From Candidatus Bathyarchaeum tardum (GTDB taxonomy: Archaea > Thermoproteota > Bathyarchaeia > Bathyarchaeales > Bathyarchaeaceae): a stretch of 64,000 nt of DNA. This document shows, in pieces, positions 40,082-51,954 of this stretch (the stretch's first letter is position 1; each line of letters starts with the position of its first letter). The translations under genes and the position numbers were made by a program. The notes below the pieces were generated by a model that saw nothing but the letters and a program-made list of their open reading frames with translations, was not told the origin of the DNA and ran no database searches. Location: contig CP122380.1 of assembly GCA_024650005.2 (NCBI GenBank), positions 480,001 through 544,000 of the forward strand, given 5' to 3'.

Positions 40082-40861
40082 ATGACCAAGGATCGTTCTA
40101 GTCGCAATAATTCTGGGCAGTCTTTAATAATTGCTGCCCTGGTTGTGTCGTTGTTGATAATTTCCATATTTTATAGCGTTTTTGAAGCAAACCGAACAAA
40201 TGAATCCCGTGCTTCGAAAACCTTGAACAGTCATGTTTCAGCTGTAAAATTAGGGCTACAAAACACTGTTACCAGTGCCTTAGTGAATGCTTCAAATGGG
40301 GGTTCAACACAGGCTCTTATAACAAACTTAGAAAGATACGCCTCTTTTGTGGGAACTCAGTTGCACTTTGGGAAATGTGTTACATTGTTTACTGTTTTAG
40401 ATTCTTTAACCTATCAATCTGGCATCCAATTATCTTGGGGATCGGATGGAACAGGAGTTTCTAGTGCATATGCAAACTCAACTTTGTATTTTGTTGACGC
40501 TGAATCAGAACTTCAACTAGAAACTGTAACCAACATAACAACAAGTGTCACCCTTGAAGGAACTTACATTACTTTGGGGGAGACCGAAAAACAAGTAAAC
40601 GTAACTTGTAGACTTTTTAATGAAAACGAATCTGTTTTGGCAAAAAGCATTGCTATCTATTATGAATACGATGGTGAACCGTCAGACCAAAATTGGATTG
40701 CTGCTAATTCGCCAACTGTATTTGATTATGGAAATGGAACTTATGTGATATCTTTTATTGCTGTTACTCAAACAAGAAATGACCCAGTTTTAGTTTCAGC
40801 CCAGATTTTCGACCATCGAGACGTTTTTGTCTTGGCCAATGTTACCTGCACTGAAACTTAA
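40082..40861 (+). CDS. Minor pilin-like protein
   Basis: RNNSG|QSLIIAALVV (G|Q type) signal; start at MTKDR. Confidence 0.7.
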   Translation: MTKDRSSRNNSGQSLIIAALVVSLLIISIFYSVFEANRTNESRASKTLNSHVSAVKLGLQNTVTSALVNASNGGSTQALITNLERYASFVGTQLHFGKCVTLFTVLDSLTYQSGIQLSWGSDGTGVSSAYANSTLYFVDAESELQLETVTNITTSVTLEGTYITLGETEKQVNVTCRLFNENESVLAKSIAIYYEYDGEPSDQNWIAANSPTVFDYGNGTYVISFIAVTQTRNDPVLVSAQIFDHRDVFVLANVTCTET

Positions 40862-40887
40862 ACTTGCTGGACGAATTTGGTTGTATG

Positions 40888-41838
40888 TTATGCTTTTTTC
40901 TTGATTATCATTACTTCTTTGAGTAGGTTAGCATCTAGGGTTGTTTTTGTATTCCAAAGGTTCACGAACAGCAGGTTCAGGGCTTTGATGAAAGTGTTAT
41001 AATTTGTCCAAAGGAAAGAAGTTTTTTCTTTCTTTTTTCGCATTGTGGTGTCTTGTTTTTCATTTTCGTCCTTTATGGAAAATAAAGTTTCTTGTTGGTC
41101 AGATACAATGAAGCTTGGCAAATCTTCAGGTTTTACGTGGACATATTTTACGTTGTTTAGTTTCATTTTTTCTGTGATGAATCGGCTTTTTGAAGAGCTG
41201 TTAGTCATAAGCATGACTTTGATTTTCTTTTTTGCAATTTTTTCTAATTCATCAGTAAAACCAGAATGGTAAAGTCTTCCGAGTTCTTGGTCTGAAGCTA
41301 CTACACAGATTTCTTTTTTTGTTCTGTCGGCGATTTCGTTTGCTTTTAGTATTAATTGTTCTTCTCCTTCTAATATTTGGAAAACTTCTTTGGTTTCTTT
41401 TTTTTCTTTGTGCTGTGGAACAGATGCCCAAAGGTCAACTAGATTTTGTTTTTTTCGTTCAAGCATTTCAACGCTTAGTTTTTTGGTGTTTACTAGGATG
41501 TCGTATGCTTCTTCGAAGGGGGTTGCGGTGAATTTGATTGGTTTTTCTAGTAAACATGAGATGAGTCCCCGTTTTTCTAGATCTCGAAGTATTCTGTAGG
41601 TTTCTGTTCTGTGCAAGCTAAGTGCATCAGATATTTTTCGAGCTTTTTGCACTCCTGACCTTGCCAGATGTAGATAAACTCTGATTTCGTTTCGTGAAAG
41701 ATCAAATTGGAGAAATATTTTTTCGATGTCTGCGATGACATCAAAGGGTTGTTTTTCTTTTGTGAGAAGCTGCCAAACTGGGGCATTTTCACCGTATAGT
41801 TTGCCAGAGTTTTTGGTTTTTTGTTTCAATGATTCCAT
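40888..41838 (-). CDS. TrmB-family transcriptional regulator
   Basis: LSRNEIRVY, HRTETYRILRDLEKRGL, KPIKFTATP, C-terminal effector domain. Confidence 0.88.
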   Translation of the reverse strand: MESLKQKTKNSGKLYGENAPVWQLLTKEKQPFDVIADIEKIFLQFDLSRNEIRVYLHLARSGVQKARKISDALSLHRTETYRILRDLEKRGLISCLLEKPIKFTATPFEEAYDILVNTKKLSVEMLERKKQNLVDLWASVPQHKEKKETKEVFQILEGEEQLILKANEIADRTKKEICVVASDQELGRLYHSGFTDELEKIAKKKIKVMLMTNSSSKSRFITEKMKLNNVKYVHVKPEDLPSFIVSDQQETLFSIKDENEKQDTTMRKKKEKTSFLWTNYNTFIKALNLLFVNLWNTKTTLDANLLKEVMIIKKKA

Positions 41839-42159
41839 TGTTTTCCGACCTGATTTTAGTTCAAATCTAAAATCGATGTTTGCTGGAAATCCATTTAAGC
41901 CCTATGAATATGAACTCTGAATCAGTACTCAATATTCATATTCGGAATTCGAATCTAAAGTAAATATTTGTGCTTTTTCTTTTACTTATTTATTCAAACA
42001 GTAATGTCAAGACCCTATTTTGCATGCGTACATAAAATCGGCGACAGACATCAATAATGAAAATATAAGGAACCTTTTGAGCTTGTTTACGGTCTTGGAA
42101 AATATTATTTCGGATTATTTTTCCGCGAAATAGTTATCTGGAAGATTAAGATATAGTAT

Positions 42160-42696
42160 ATGTATAGGAAATTCATAAAAATGGGCGACCGATACGTCAA
42201 AATCCTGCAAAAAGGAAAATATTTAATTCCAAAAAATAATATTTGGCTAACCCGAGCAGGTCTTTTATTTGGGTTCATTTTGTTAGATTACTTATTTACA
42301 TTAATTTTTATTAATGCCCCGTACGAAGAAGGCAACCTTCTAGTTAGGTATTTCATGGAAACATATGGAATTTTCTGGGGACTTACCATTTTTGATATTC
42401 TAATCAACATTCCAGTATATTTGATAATCTGTATGAATTCCCATCTTGCTCCTTTGCCTTCTAAACTTTCTAAAATAGTGGATCCAATAATTGACGCCTT
42501 TCTTGCATGGTTTGTAGCTGGATACCACTACAATGGAGCAACAAGTTGGTTCTGGGCAGCTTCAGGATTTACCCGCCAAATTACTGGATTTTTAATTTAT
42601 TTTGCAATAATTATGGTTGTTTATCAGGCTTCAACTATACAGCGAGTATTCAGTATCAAAACAAAGAACACTTCATTATTGGATAATGACCACTAG
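42160..42696 (+). CDS. Hypothetical membrane protein (DUF5658-like)
   Basis: LDYLFT...EEGNLL motif, about 4 TMs. Confidence 0.6.
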   Translation: MYRKFIKMGDRYVKILQKGKYLIPKNNIWLTRAGLLFGFILLDYLFTLIFINAPYEEGNLLVRYFMETYGIFWGLTIFDILINIPVYLIICMNSHLAPLPSKLSKIVDPIIDAFLAWFVAGYHYNGATSWFWAASGFTRQITGFLIYFAIIMVVYQASTIQRVFSIKTKNTSLLDNDH

Positions 42697-42800
42697 GTTT
42701 TTTTGTGTGTAGTTTGGTGTGACATGCAAATTTTTAGTATTATACTGTTTGCAAGTGGTTACTACGTAAGAATCTGGCTGCCTCGCCGGTTCAAGTTGAT

Positions 42801-43352
42801 GTGAAGTATATGGTTACTGAGATTCGAAATTTTCATTCCTTACGCGAGCTCAGTGAAAACATAGAAGAAGAAATCAGCTTCTGTAAATCCAACAGTGAAG
42901 AGTACGGGGAACGGTTAGGAGCCATCTTACGGGATAACAAAGAACGCCATGGGGATGAAGAATGGTTCAAGGCTTTAACCGGTCTTCAAGGCTCGGGCAA
43001 AGATGCAAAAAGTAATGGCAAAAGTAAAGGTAAAGGGAAAGGCAAAAAAGGCAAAAAACGAAAGTCAGGTTGGATTCCTTTCAAAGATATTATGTTATCT
43101 AAAGAAAGCTTTGGGGAAGCGCAGATTCTTTTTGATGCAGTAGAAGATATAAAAACCAAAATTGCACAACTAGAAAAAATCCGAGATAATATTGACGACC
43201 TTAAACGTCTTGGTTTGGGGGAAGACATAATTTACATTACTTACATGCGAGAAGGAATCCCCGAAAAAATTGTGCTTTACAAAAAAAACGGGGAAGACAA
43301 ACACAGCAAATTTGAATTCAATGGAAACATAACTCTTGTATGCCCAGCATAA
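42801..43352 (+). CDS. Hypothetical coiled-coil protein with Lys/Gly-rich loop
   Basis: Two amphipathic helices flanking KSKGKGKGKKGKK. Confidence 0.7.
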   Translation: MKYMVTEIRNFHSLRELSENIEEEISFCKSNSEEYGERLGAILRDNKERHGDEEWFKALTGLQGSGKDAKSNGKSKGKGKGKKGKKRKSGWIPFKDIMLSKESFGEAQILFDAVEDIKTKIAQLEKIRDNIDDLKRLGLGEDIIYITYMREGIPEKIVLYKKNGEDKHSKFEFNGNITLVCPA

Positions 43353-43443
43353 GCAGTTTAACTAATGCAACTCTGTATTCGGTCAAAAATCAGTCAAAAC
43401 TGGAACCGTTTTTAGTTTCTTATTATTTGGGATATTAAAGGTT

Positions 43444-44028
43444 CTAGTATGATACTAGAAATGTTCCTATTTCTGCAAAAAAGTTTGGAAATATAGTTAC
43501 TTTTTTGTTTTTTGTCACGTATGTACTGTTTTGTATTTTGAAGTTTCTTTTTTTGCAGTATTCTTTGAAGTCGTTTATGCTTAGAAAATGCAAGTTTGGC
43601 GTTTGGTACCATTCATGGGGCAGCGATGGTGTTACTGGAACTTTTCCTTTAAAAAACATTTGGAACCTAGCAGGATAATATACAAAGTTTGGGAAACTAA
43701 CAATTACTTGTTTTCCAACTCGCAGTGATTCTTTTATAACGAAATCTGGTTTTTTTACCTGTTGAAGAGTTTGACTCAATATCACATAATCAAAGGCATC
43801 ATCAGAATATTCGCTTAATCCTGTGTCAATGTCTTGCTGAAAAACGCTTAAGCCTTGAGCTACACACTCTCCGATTGACTGCTCGTTTATCTCTATGCCT
43901 TGGGCTTGCACTTGCTTTTCGTTTATGAGTAATTTCATTAATTCACCTGTTCCACAGCCAAGATCTAACACGGTGGAATTTTTTTTGACCCAATCTTTGA
44001 TAACCCTGTGCTCTAGTCTAGGTGCCAT
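43444..44028 (-). CDS. metW: Methionine biosynthesis protein MetW
   Basis: VLDLGCG, FDYVILSQTLQ, IVSFPNF, WYQTPNLHF. Confidence 0.93.
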   Translation of the reverse strand: MAPRLEHRVIKDWVKKNSTVLDLGCGTGELMKLLINEKQVQAQGIEINEQSIGECVAQGLSVFQQDIDTGLSEYSDDAFDYVILSQTLQQVKKPDFVIKESLRVGKQVIVSFPNFVYYPARFQMFFKGKVPVTPSLPHEWYQTPNLHFLSINDFKEYCKKRNFKIQNSTYVTKNKKVTIFPNFFAEIGTFLVSY

Positions 44029-44032
44029 TTGT

Positions 44033-45178
44033 TTAGTTCAACTCCTTTGTATGCCCATTACTGACTGTTCTTAGGAAATGTTTAATCAGATGAGTCTCTT
44101 CTTTTACTTCTAGCAAAAATGCATCGTGCCCGTAGGTTGAGTTGATTTCACAATATGTTGTGTCAACGCCCGCTAGCTTGCATGCTTTCACGATTTCTCT
44201 GGACTGATGTGCTGGATACAACCAATCAGATTTGAATGACAACACCAGAACTTTAGCTTTCAATCCCCTGAAAATTTCTGACAGTTTTTTACCATTTACT
44301 AAATTGAAGTAATCCATTGCCTTAGTTATGTACAGATAGGAATTGGCATCAAACCTTTTCACAAAGTTATCGCCTCTATGCTGGAGGTAACATTCTACTT
44401 CAAAATCTGTTCCGAACTTGAATTGTTTTTTAGAATCTTTAAGGCGCCTACCAAACTTGTTGGCCATCGAAGCATCGCTCATGTATGTGATGTGCCCTAC
44501 CATTCTGGCCACGGCTAAACCCCTGCTTGGCAGTGAAGAACCGTAATAGTTTCCATCATTCCAGTTAGGGTCGGCCATGACTGCTTGGCGACCCACTTCA
44601 TTGAATGCAATTTGTTGGGGAGAGTGTTTCAGAGTTGTAGCGATTGGAATTGCAGACAATACTTTTTCTGGGTATGAAACCATCCACTGTAATACTTGCA
44701 TGCCTCCCATGGAACCCCCAACAACAGCATGAAGTTTTTTTATTCTCAAATGGTTAACCAAACGGTGCTGAGCTTTTACCATGTCATTTATTGTAACAAC
44801 TGGGAAATCTGTGCCGTAAGCTTTGCCCGTTTTTGGGTTAACTGATGATGGACCAGTTGAACCATTACATCCAGCAATTACGTTAGAGCAAATAACAAAA
44901 TATTTTTCAGTGTCAAAGGCTTTTCCCGGACCAATCATGGTGTCCCACCAGCCGGGATGCTTGTCGTTTTTATGGAATCCTGCAGCGTGGGCACTTCCCG
45001 AGAATGCATGAAGAACCAAAATTGCGTTGGATTGTTGTGGGTTAAGTTTGCCGTATGTTTCGTATGCTATTGTAACCTGTTCGAGTTTTTCTCCAGATTC
45101 AAGAATTTGCCCTTCAGAATTCTCAAAAGAGTAATGCTGTGTTTGTGTATTGCCAACACTTCCAACGTCTTCGTTCAA
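44033..45178 (-). CDS. metX: Homoserine O-acetyltransferase
   Basis: [33 protein letters not shown]. Confidence 0.95.
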   Translation of the reverse strand: MNEDVGSVGNTQTQHYSFENSEGQILESGEKLEQVTIAYETYGKLNPQQSNAILVLHAFSGSAHAAGFHKNDKHPGWWDTMIGPGKAFDTEKYFVICSNVIAGCNGSTGPSSVNPKTGKAYGTDFPVVTINDMVKAQHRLVNHLRIKKLHAVVGGSMGGMQVLQWMVSYPEKVLSAIPIATTLKHSPQQIAFNEVGRQAVMADPNWNDGNYYGSSLPSRGLAVARMVGHITYMSDASMANKFGRRLKDSKKQFKFGTDFEVECYLQHRGDNFVKRFDANSYLYITKAMDYFNLVNGKKLSEIFRGLKAKVLVLSFKSDWLYPAHQSREIVKACKLAGVDTTYCEINSTYGHDAFLLEVKEETHLIKHFLRTVSNGHTKELN

Positions 45179-45218
45179 TGGATTTCACCTCGTTTTTCTG
45201 AAAGATTGAATGATGTTT

Positions 45219-46505
<1,287 letters not shown>

Positions 46506-46536
46506 TTATCGCCTTCTTGTATTACCTCAACGAGCT

Positions 46537-46551
46537 TATAACACTGTTATA
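46537..46551. promoter_or_regulatory. Perfect 7-1-7 palindrome upstream of metY, putative operator
   Basis: TATAACA-C-TGTTATA, 35-50 nt upstream of the metY start and overlapping a TATA-like sequence. Confidence 0.45.
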
Positions 46552-46922
46552 TACATTCTTGAAAAAAATATTCCAAAAAGAATAATTTTATATGGGTAAA
46601 AATATCAAAAAGCATAAAATGCATAATCACTTAGGTTAATTTTTCTTAAACTCTATCTACTCTGGTAATTTTCCGGTAGATTTACTGTTTTCAAACAAAT
46701 AACAAAAAAGACTGTTAAGTGATACCTTTTTTTCAAAAGAGTAATAAACAGCCAACGTTTTTATCAAGTTGCTAGAATAAAGAACGATGTTAAACTTGAC
46801 TATCTCAAAATATTCTCCTAACATATCAACAACTCGCTTTTTTCTTAATGAAGTATGTTTTCCAAAAAAATGTGCACGTAATTTTCTCGATCATTTTTCG
46901 AACACATAAAGAAGGATAAAAA

Positions 46923-47297
46923 ATGAGTGAAACAAAAAAATGCAGTATCTGTGGATGTGAACTTTCTGAAAATGAAATTTACATCTTGCACGGAAAAAAT
47001 TTATGTGAAGATTGTCACATGGAAGAAACTCATCCTGTAAAGGTCTGTAATCCTTTGCCAGTAATATCGGCTAAAAAAATGGGACAGACTAAACAGGAGC
47101 CGGCAGACACGTTAAATGAACTGCAAAAAGCGATATACACGTATATAATGGACAACAAAAAAGCAACAGTTCAACAACTTTGTACAAAATTCGAATTAAC
47201 CGAAGCACAATTAACAAACCAAATAGCTGTTCTTCGACATCTGCAACTAATTAAAGGACAAAAACAAGGTCATACAATCTACTTTGTCCCGTTTTGA
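46923..47297 (+). CDS. Zn-finger plus winged-helix protein
   Basis: CSICG...CEDCH..H..C, then a C-terminal HTH (ELQKAIY...QIAVLRHLQLIK). Confidence 0.7.
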   Translation: MSETKKCSICGCELSENEIYILHGKNLCEDCHMEETHPVKVCNPLPVISAKKMGQTKQEPADTLNELQKAIYTYIMDNKKATVQQLCTKFELTEAQLTNQIAVLRHLQLIKGQKQGHTIYFVPF

Positions 47298-47674
47298 CTA
47301 ACCGACCATTTCAGTGATAGTTTAACCCTGCATATTTGGTATGTATTGAATTGAAAATAAGCCACTTGTAAACCAAACATGTGCTTTTTTTGTATTCCCT
47401 GTTAGATGGGGTTGCAAAGACGTTTAGGTACTTTGAAGAAGATTAACCCCGTGGAAATGTGTAATAACCTCGGTAAATAATGACAAGAGTAAAATTTGTT
47501 GACCCTTAATCCTTCTAAAAAATGGGAGAGTAACCCCCATTAAAGCTATTAACAAAAAACATTTCTGCACTTCAGAGGTCAATAATTAAGTTTCTCACGT
47601 TCATGTTACAAAGTGTTATTGCAGCTGATTAATTTTAAATACATAAAACAACATTAATTACTTGTTGGTCTTTT

Positions 47675-48178
47675 ATGAACTCGATTTTTCGTAATGTGTA
47701 CTTTTGGTTATCTGTAATTTTGTTATTTTTGGCTGCTGTTCTTTTTCTAGGAATTATTTTAGACTTCTTTGATTTCGGATTCATTATAGGTCCATATCGG
47801 TTTAACCATTGGTTAGGTTGGATTGGCACTATTTTTATTGCAACATATGTACCCCTTTTTGTTCTTTTAAAACCAAAATACATTCGAAGAATTCGGCTTC
47901 TTCTTGGAATTCATGTTATTGGTAACTTGATAGCATATCTATTGATAACTATCCATTTTGCAAGTCAAATCAGTCGTCCAGCAGCCTTTTACCCCACTTT
48001 AGGAACAGGAGTTGTGCAATTTATTTTCTTAATTATTCTGGTCACAACAGGTATTTTGCAAAGATTTAACTTGCTAAGTAATTATCGCAAAAAATGGTTA
48101 TTTCTTCACAGAAGTTCGGTTTTAGCACTGTTAATGATTCTATTATTCCATATACTTCATGGACTAGGTTTACTGTAA
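47675..48178 (+). CDS. Four-TM membrane protein, cytochrome b/ferric reductase TM-like
   Basis: His residues in TMs (NHWLGW, IHV.G, IHF, LHR, FHILHG). Confidence 0.6.
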   Translation: MNSIFRNVYFWLSVILLFLAAVLFLGIILDFFDFGFIIGPYRFNHWLGWIGTIFIATYVPLFVLLKPKYIRRIRLLLGIHVIGNLIAYLLITIHFASQISRPAAFYPTLGTGVVQFIFLIILVTTGILQRFNLLSNYRKKWLFLHRSSVLALLMILLFHILHGLGLL

Positions 48179-48345
48179 ATCTTTTTACTCAAAGAACTGT
48201 TGAAAAAAACGCACATGCCTCGTATGAAACCTTGTCGTAAAGGCTCAGTTAATGATGCCTTATTTTGCAAAATAAGCTCAAAAATTAAATCCCCAAGAAA
48301 CATTTTTTCTGTGCAGCTGCTCACAATTGACGAATAATTGTTGTT

Positions 48346-50088
48346 TTATCCTTCTAGGGCAGTTTCTGACATCTTGATGTATAGGTTTGCAAATTTTTTA
48401 ACAAGGTCGCGTTCTTCATAGATTGCTGCGCTCCGGCGAAAGAAATTTTCCATTCTGCCCGTTTCTATTCCTATGCCGATAACCAGTACACCTTTTCGTT
48501 CCAAGTTTGTGATAGTTTCTGACAGTGCTATTGGAATTCCTTTATACCCGTAGGGCCATCCGTCGGATATAACTATCAAAAACTTTTGTTCTTCAAACCT
48601 TTTCGAAAGGGAATCTCCCGCAACCTGAATCGCATCCGGCATGTAAGTTAAACCCCCAAACTTGAGCCCACCAATTCTTGCCCTCACTCGACGGGAATAC
48701 GCCTCCTTACTATCCTTCAACACATACAGCTGATCACTGAAGGCAAAAAACGACCACGACGTCGGATCCTTTAACAATTCTTTTGCTGCTTCAGCAATAC
48801 AAATCGCTAATGCCCTGCCGTATTCCCCTTTAACTTTCATACTTGCACTGGCATCAAAAAGTAAACTCCACGCATAACTGCTTTTCAGGTATTCGTTACG
48901 CTTGAACACATCCTGACGAGGAGTACCGCTTGTCATCATCTGAACAACTGCCGGCAAATCCATTTCACCATACAACTTGCCTGCATCCTCATCAAGTTCG
49001 TCTTGCGCCAAAGATAACTTGTTCAGCAGCCTACGGATTGTTCCACGAACCATCTCTTTGGCTCGTAGATACGTGGTGAAATCTTCGCGGGGAAAACTGG
49101 TTGATTTGAATCTGGTCCATGCAACAGCATCTTCAAGCTTTTGTAGCATCCTTTGTTCACGCTCTTCTTGAGTAAACCACGTGTTAAACGCTTGAGTTGC
49201 CTCGGCGCGGCTTTCTTTTCTCCAACACGATTCGATATCATCCTTAGACGGAATAGTCCCACCCAAAGTTTCCAAAGTTTTTCGAAAAATTGGCTCTAAC
49301 TCGATTTGGGATGGCATCCTCTTACGAACAAAAACAGTACACGGTCCATTATCCTCCATGTACTGCAATGACGGTGCCTCTAAAATCGGACCAAAATCCT
49401 CCACAACCTGAACAATTTCCGTTGTAGTATTCACCATTGCCTCGCCATATTCGGTAGATTCCATTGCTAGAGCCATCATCATCTCTTCCTTTAGGGCGCC
49501 GACTTTTTCTACCAACAAATTCACTGCGTTTTCTTCATCTGATTCCAAGGTTCCCTTAACTGCACCCATGTTAAGCCTTGACAAAACCGCCGACATGACC
49601 CGTGTCGCAGGATTAAAAATTGCATTCACTGGTCTAAGCCTATTAAAAGCCAACGAATTCGCATAGGCAATATCTGCAAGCTTGTCAGGGTACCACGCAG
49701 TCAAATACGCATTAACAAAAACATCGTTAACCAACGAATTCACAAAATTACCCAACATCGACCTACTGTTCGATGGTGCAACCGCTTCAGAATTAACTTT
49801 AATCAACGTATGGGTAGTCAAATGGTAAACACAAGCCCGAAATAGGCGACCAACTTTGTCTTTTCCGTTGTCGTCTGCGGGATAAGTATAACCCAAAAAC
49901 GACACAGTTTTTTCTTGTGTTTCTGGGTTCTCAGTCACAACGGGCAACGGCAAAGTAACATTAAAACCCTCTTTGCTTTGGGTCAGGGTGGGTTGTTTTA
50001 GGTTTAGGTCTACACAGATTCCTGTTTTCATGTTGTCTTTTTGCAGGGAAAGCAACACCGCATAATCTAAAAATCCCATAACCCTCAA
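48346..50088 (-). CDS. vWA domain protein (NorD/CbbO-like)
   Basis: C-terminal DASASM MIDAS, GGLTY, ISDGWP, GIGI; directly downstream of MoxR. Confidence 0.88.
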   Translation of the reverse strand: MRVMGFLDYAVLLSLQKDNMKTGICVDLNLKQPTLTQSKEGFNVTLPLPVVTENPETQEKTVSFLGYTYPADDNGKDKVGRLFRACVYHLTTHTLIKVNSEAVAPSNSRSMLGNFVNSLVNDVFVNAYLTAWYPDKLADIAYANSLAFNRLRPVNAIFNPATRVMSAVLSRLNMGAVKGTLESDEENAVNLLVEKVGALKEEMMMALAMESTEYGEAMVNTTTEIVQVVEDFGPILEAPSLQYMEDNGPCTVFVRKRMPSQIELEPIFRKTLETLGGTIPSKDDIESCWRKESRAEATQAFNTWFTQEEREQRMLQKLEDAVAWTRFKSTSFPREDFTTYLRAKEMVRGTIRRLLNKLSLAQDELDEDAGKLYGEMDLPAVVQMMTSGTPRQDVFKRNEYLKSSYAWSLLFDASASMKVKGEYGRALAICIAEAAKELLKDPTSWSFFAFSDQLYVLKDSKEAYSRRVRARIGGLKFGGLTYMPDAIQVAGDSLSKRFEEQKFLIVISDGWPYGYKGIPIALSETITNLERKGVLVIGIGIETGRMENFFRRSAAIYEERDLVKKFANLYIKMSETALEG

Positions 50089-50103
50089 CCCTAGGGTGTA
50101 ACA

Positions 50104-51129
50104 TTACTGAGGAGGAGGAAACACAGACTCCACAATTCTTCTAACATCGTCTTGAACTTCGATGTTGTCACTTGTTAGTGCAATAATGGTTTCTTCAGCT
50201 GCAACGTTAGGGGTATTGCCATCATAAACCAAAGTTGCCCAGTTGATCAAGTCACCAAGAGATGGACCATAAGGCAAATCACCTGCCTTGTATTGCCGGC
50301 GTAACTCGGCACCAACCTGAATAATCTTGTAACCCACATCCTCACTGAGTTTTGTACGTTTTATTAGCATATCTACTTCGTTAGGGGAAATTTGCTCCCC
50401 AACACTAGTATAATCAAAGTTAATCCACACTGCCATGCGGCGCCTCATGGCCGCGTTCAACGGCTTAGTGCCAGAGAACTCTGACGAGTGGGGGTTCATG
50501 CTCAAAATCAAATAACCATAGGGATGCCGATGCACACACTCGTTGTCTTTCTCGTTCAAAACCAAGTGGCCACGTGTGTCCAAAACAGGATTCAACCTAG
50601 TAGCGACGTCTTGTTTCATCATGTTTGCTTCGTCAAGATACATAATTCCACCACTGCGCAACCAACGGGTAACCAAACCATCAATCCAGTTTTCTTTACC
50701 TAAACCAATAAAACGCCCAATCAAGTCATACGAAGATGTGTTTAGACCACAGTTGACTTCATAAACTGGCAAACCACACAACTCCGCAACTAGGTATACA
50801 ATGTGGGTTTTTCCTGTTCCTGAAGGACCAATCAATGAACATTGCTTGAAATAATATAAAGCGCGGACGATGCGTTCCACGAACTTGTTTCCGCTGTCAA
50901 TGTAATATGGTGTGCCTTTTGGAATCATTTCATCCATGTGTGCAAAACTGTACCCCGGGTGAAGGTCATATCTCTGGATTTCATACTTGTCGTAAAGAGG
51001 GCATTTGGACATTGGGCGTTCTTTGTCAAGGGTTACTTTGATTTTACCTTTTTCGTTACGGGCAGAAGAAACTAATTTCATTCTGCTTTTTTCTTGTTCT
51101 TCTCGTAAGCCTTGATGACCGTAGCTCAA
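50104..51129 (-). CDS. MoxR-family AAA+ ATPase (CbbQ/NirQ/NorQ subfamily)
   Basis: GPSGTGKT, DLIG, WIDG, YLDEAN, SMNP, LNAAMRRR; start uncertain (TTG 51129 or ATG 51081). Confidence 0.92.
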   Translation of the reverse strand: MSYGHQGLREEQEKSRMKLVSSARNEKGKIKVTLDKERPMSKCPLYDKYEIQRYDLHPGYSFAHMDEMIPKGTPYYIDSGNKFVERIVRALYYFKQCSLIGPSGTGKTHIVYLVAELCGLPVYEVNCGLNTSSYDLIGRFIGLGKENWIDGLVTRWLRSGGIMYLDEANMMKQDVATRLNPVLDTRGHLVLNEKDNECVHRHPYGYLILSMNPHSSEFSGTKPLNAAMRRRMAVWINFDYTSVGEQISPNEVDMLIKRTKLSEDVGYKIIQVGAELRRQYKAGDLPYGPSLGDLINWATLVYDGNTPNVAAEETIIALTSDNIEVQDDVRRIVESVFPPPQ

Positions 51130-51322
51130 AAGTCTTCCACCCGTTAAGAAAACTGCTCGGGGAAAGAGATATAAATATTCCGTCTTACGACTTAATATGA
51201 TTACTAGGCATGAACAATACATAACGTTTCATTTTTACATAACTTTGTACGTGTGTCACAAAAACAACACACAAGGGCTTTAGAAAATAAACAAAGACAA
51301 TCAACAAAAAGGATTGATTCCG

Positions 51323-51820
51323 ATGGGCCAAAGTACAGCACAGGAGACTGTTAGTAATGCCAAAACTGCAAAAGCACCACAAATGAGTTTGGACGATCTT
51401 ATAGCATCTATGAAGAGTTTGCATGATGATGTTGGTCAGATTTCGGAGTTGTCTTCTGAGGAGAAGCGTGTTGTTGATGTGTTTTTTGACTCTTTTTTGA
51501 AGTTAATGAAACCCTTGGCCAAGACGATTTCTGTTTCTCCTGAGGCATTGCCTGCTGCTGTTGGCCGTGTGGTGCAGGCAAATGTTGATCCGAAGGGGAA
51601 TTTGATGTTATTGTATGAAGATGGCCAAGTGGATATTCGGAATCTTGCTGAGATAAATGAGCGTGAGTTAATGATTTGTGTTCTTGCGGATGCCATGCCC
51701 AAATTTAAGCAGTTAACTAGTGCTCAGCGTCGAAAGATTGAGGACCGGATGAAGTTTTTGTCTTCGGTTACTCAGGAGATGCAAAAAATTTCAAAGGCTT
51801 TTGCGGAGTCTAATCAGTGA
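51323..51820 (+). CDS. Hypothetical protein, divergent from MoxR
   Basis: Clean ORF with helical N- and C-termini. Confidence 0.7.
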   Translation: MGQSTAQETVSNAKTAKAPQMSLDDLIASMKSLHDDVGQISELSSEEKRVVDVFFDSFLKLMKPLAKTISVSPEALPAAVGRVVQANVDPKGNLMLLYEDGQVDIRNLAEINERELMICVLADAMPKFKQLTSAQRRKIEDRMKFLSSVTQEMQKISKAFAESNQ

Positions 51821-51954
51821 ATTTGTTTTTTGTTTCATGTTGTGTGTAGCGAGGTGTTACACACTAAATGGGAAAAATTGAGTTCAGAAAACTATACGCG
51901 ATGGAGAGGCGATTGCGCACATAGTTTGCATGTTGGTAATGCGAGGAATTAAAT

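Noticed and set aside
31827-40861. Archaellum (arl/fla) operon
   Set aside because: No ArlH KaiC-like ATPase or recognisable ArlF/G/CDE, and the pilins lack the archaellin G|xxGIxxLIxFIA N-terminus; called a type IV pilus instead.
48210-48265. Fluoride riboswitch (GTTAATGATGCCT tail)
   Set aside because: The 5' GGNGAUGG part is absent and there is no downstream co-oriented gene.
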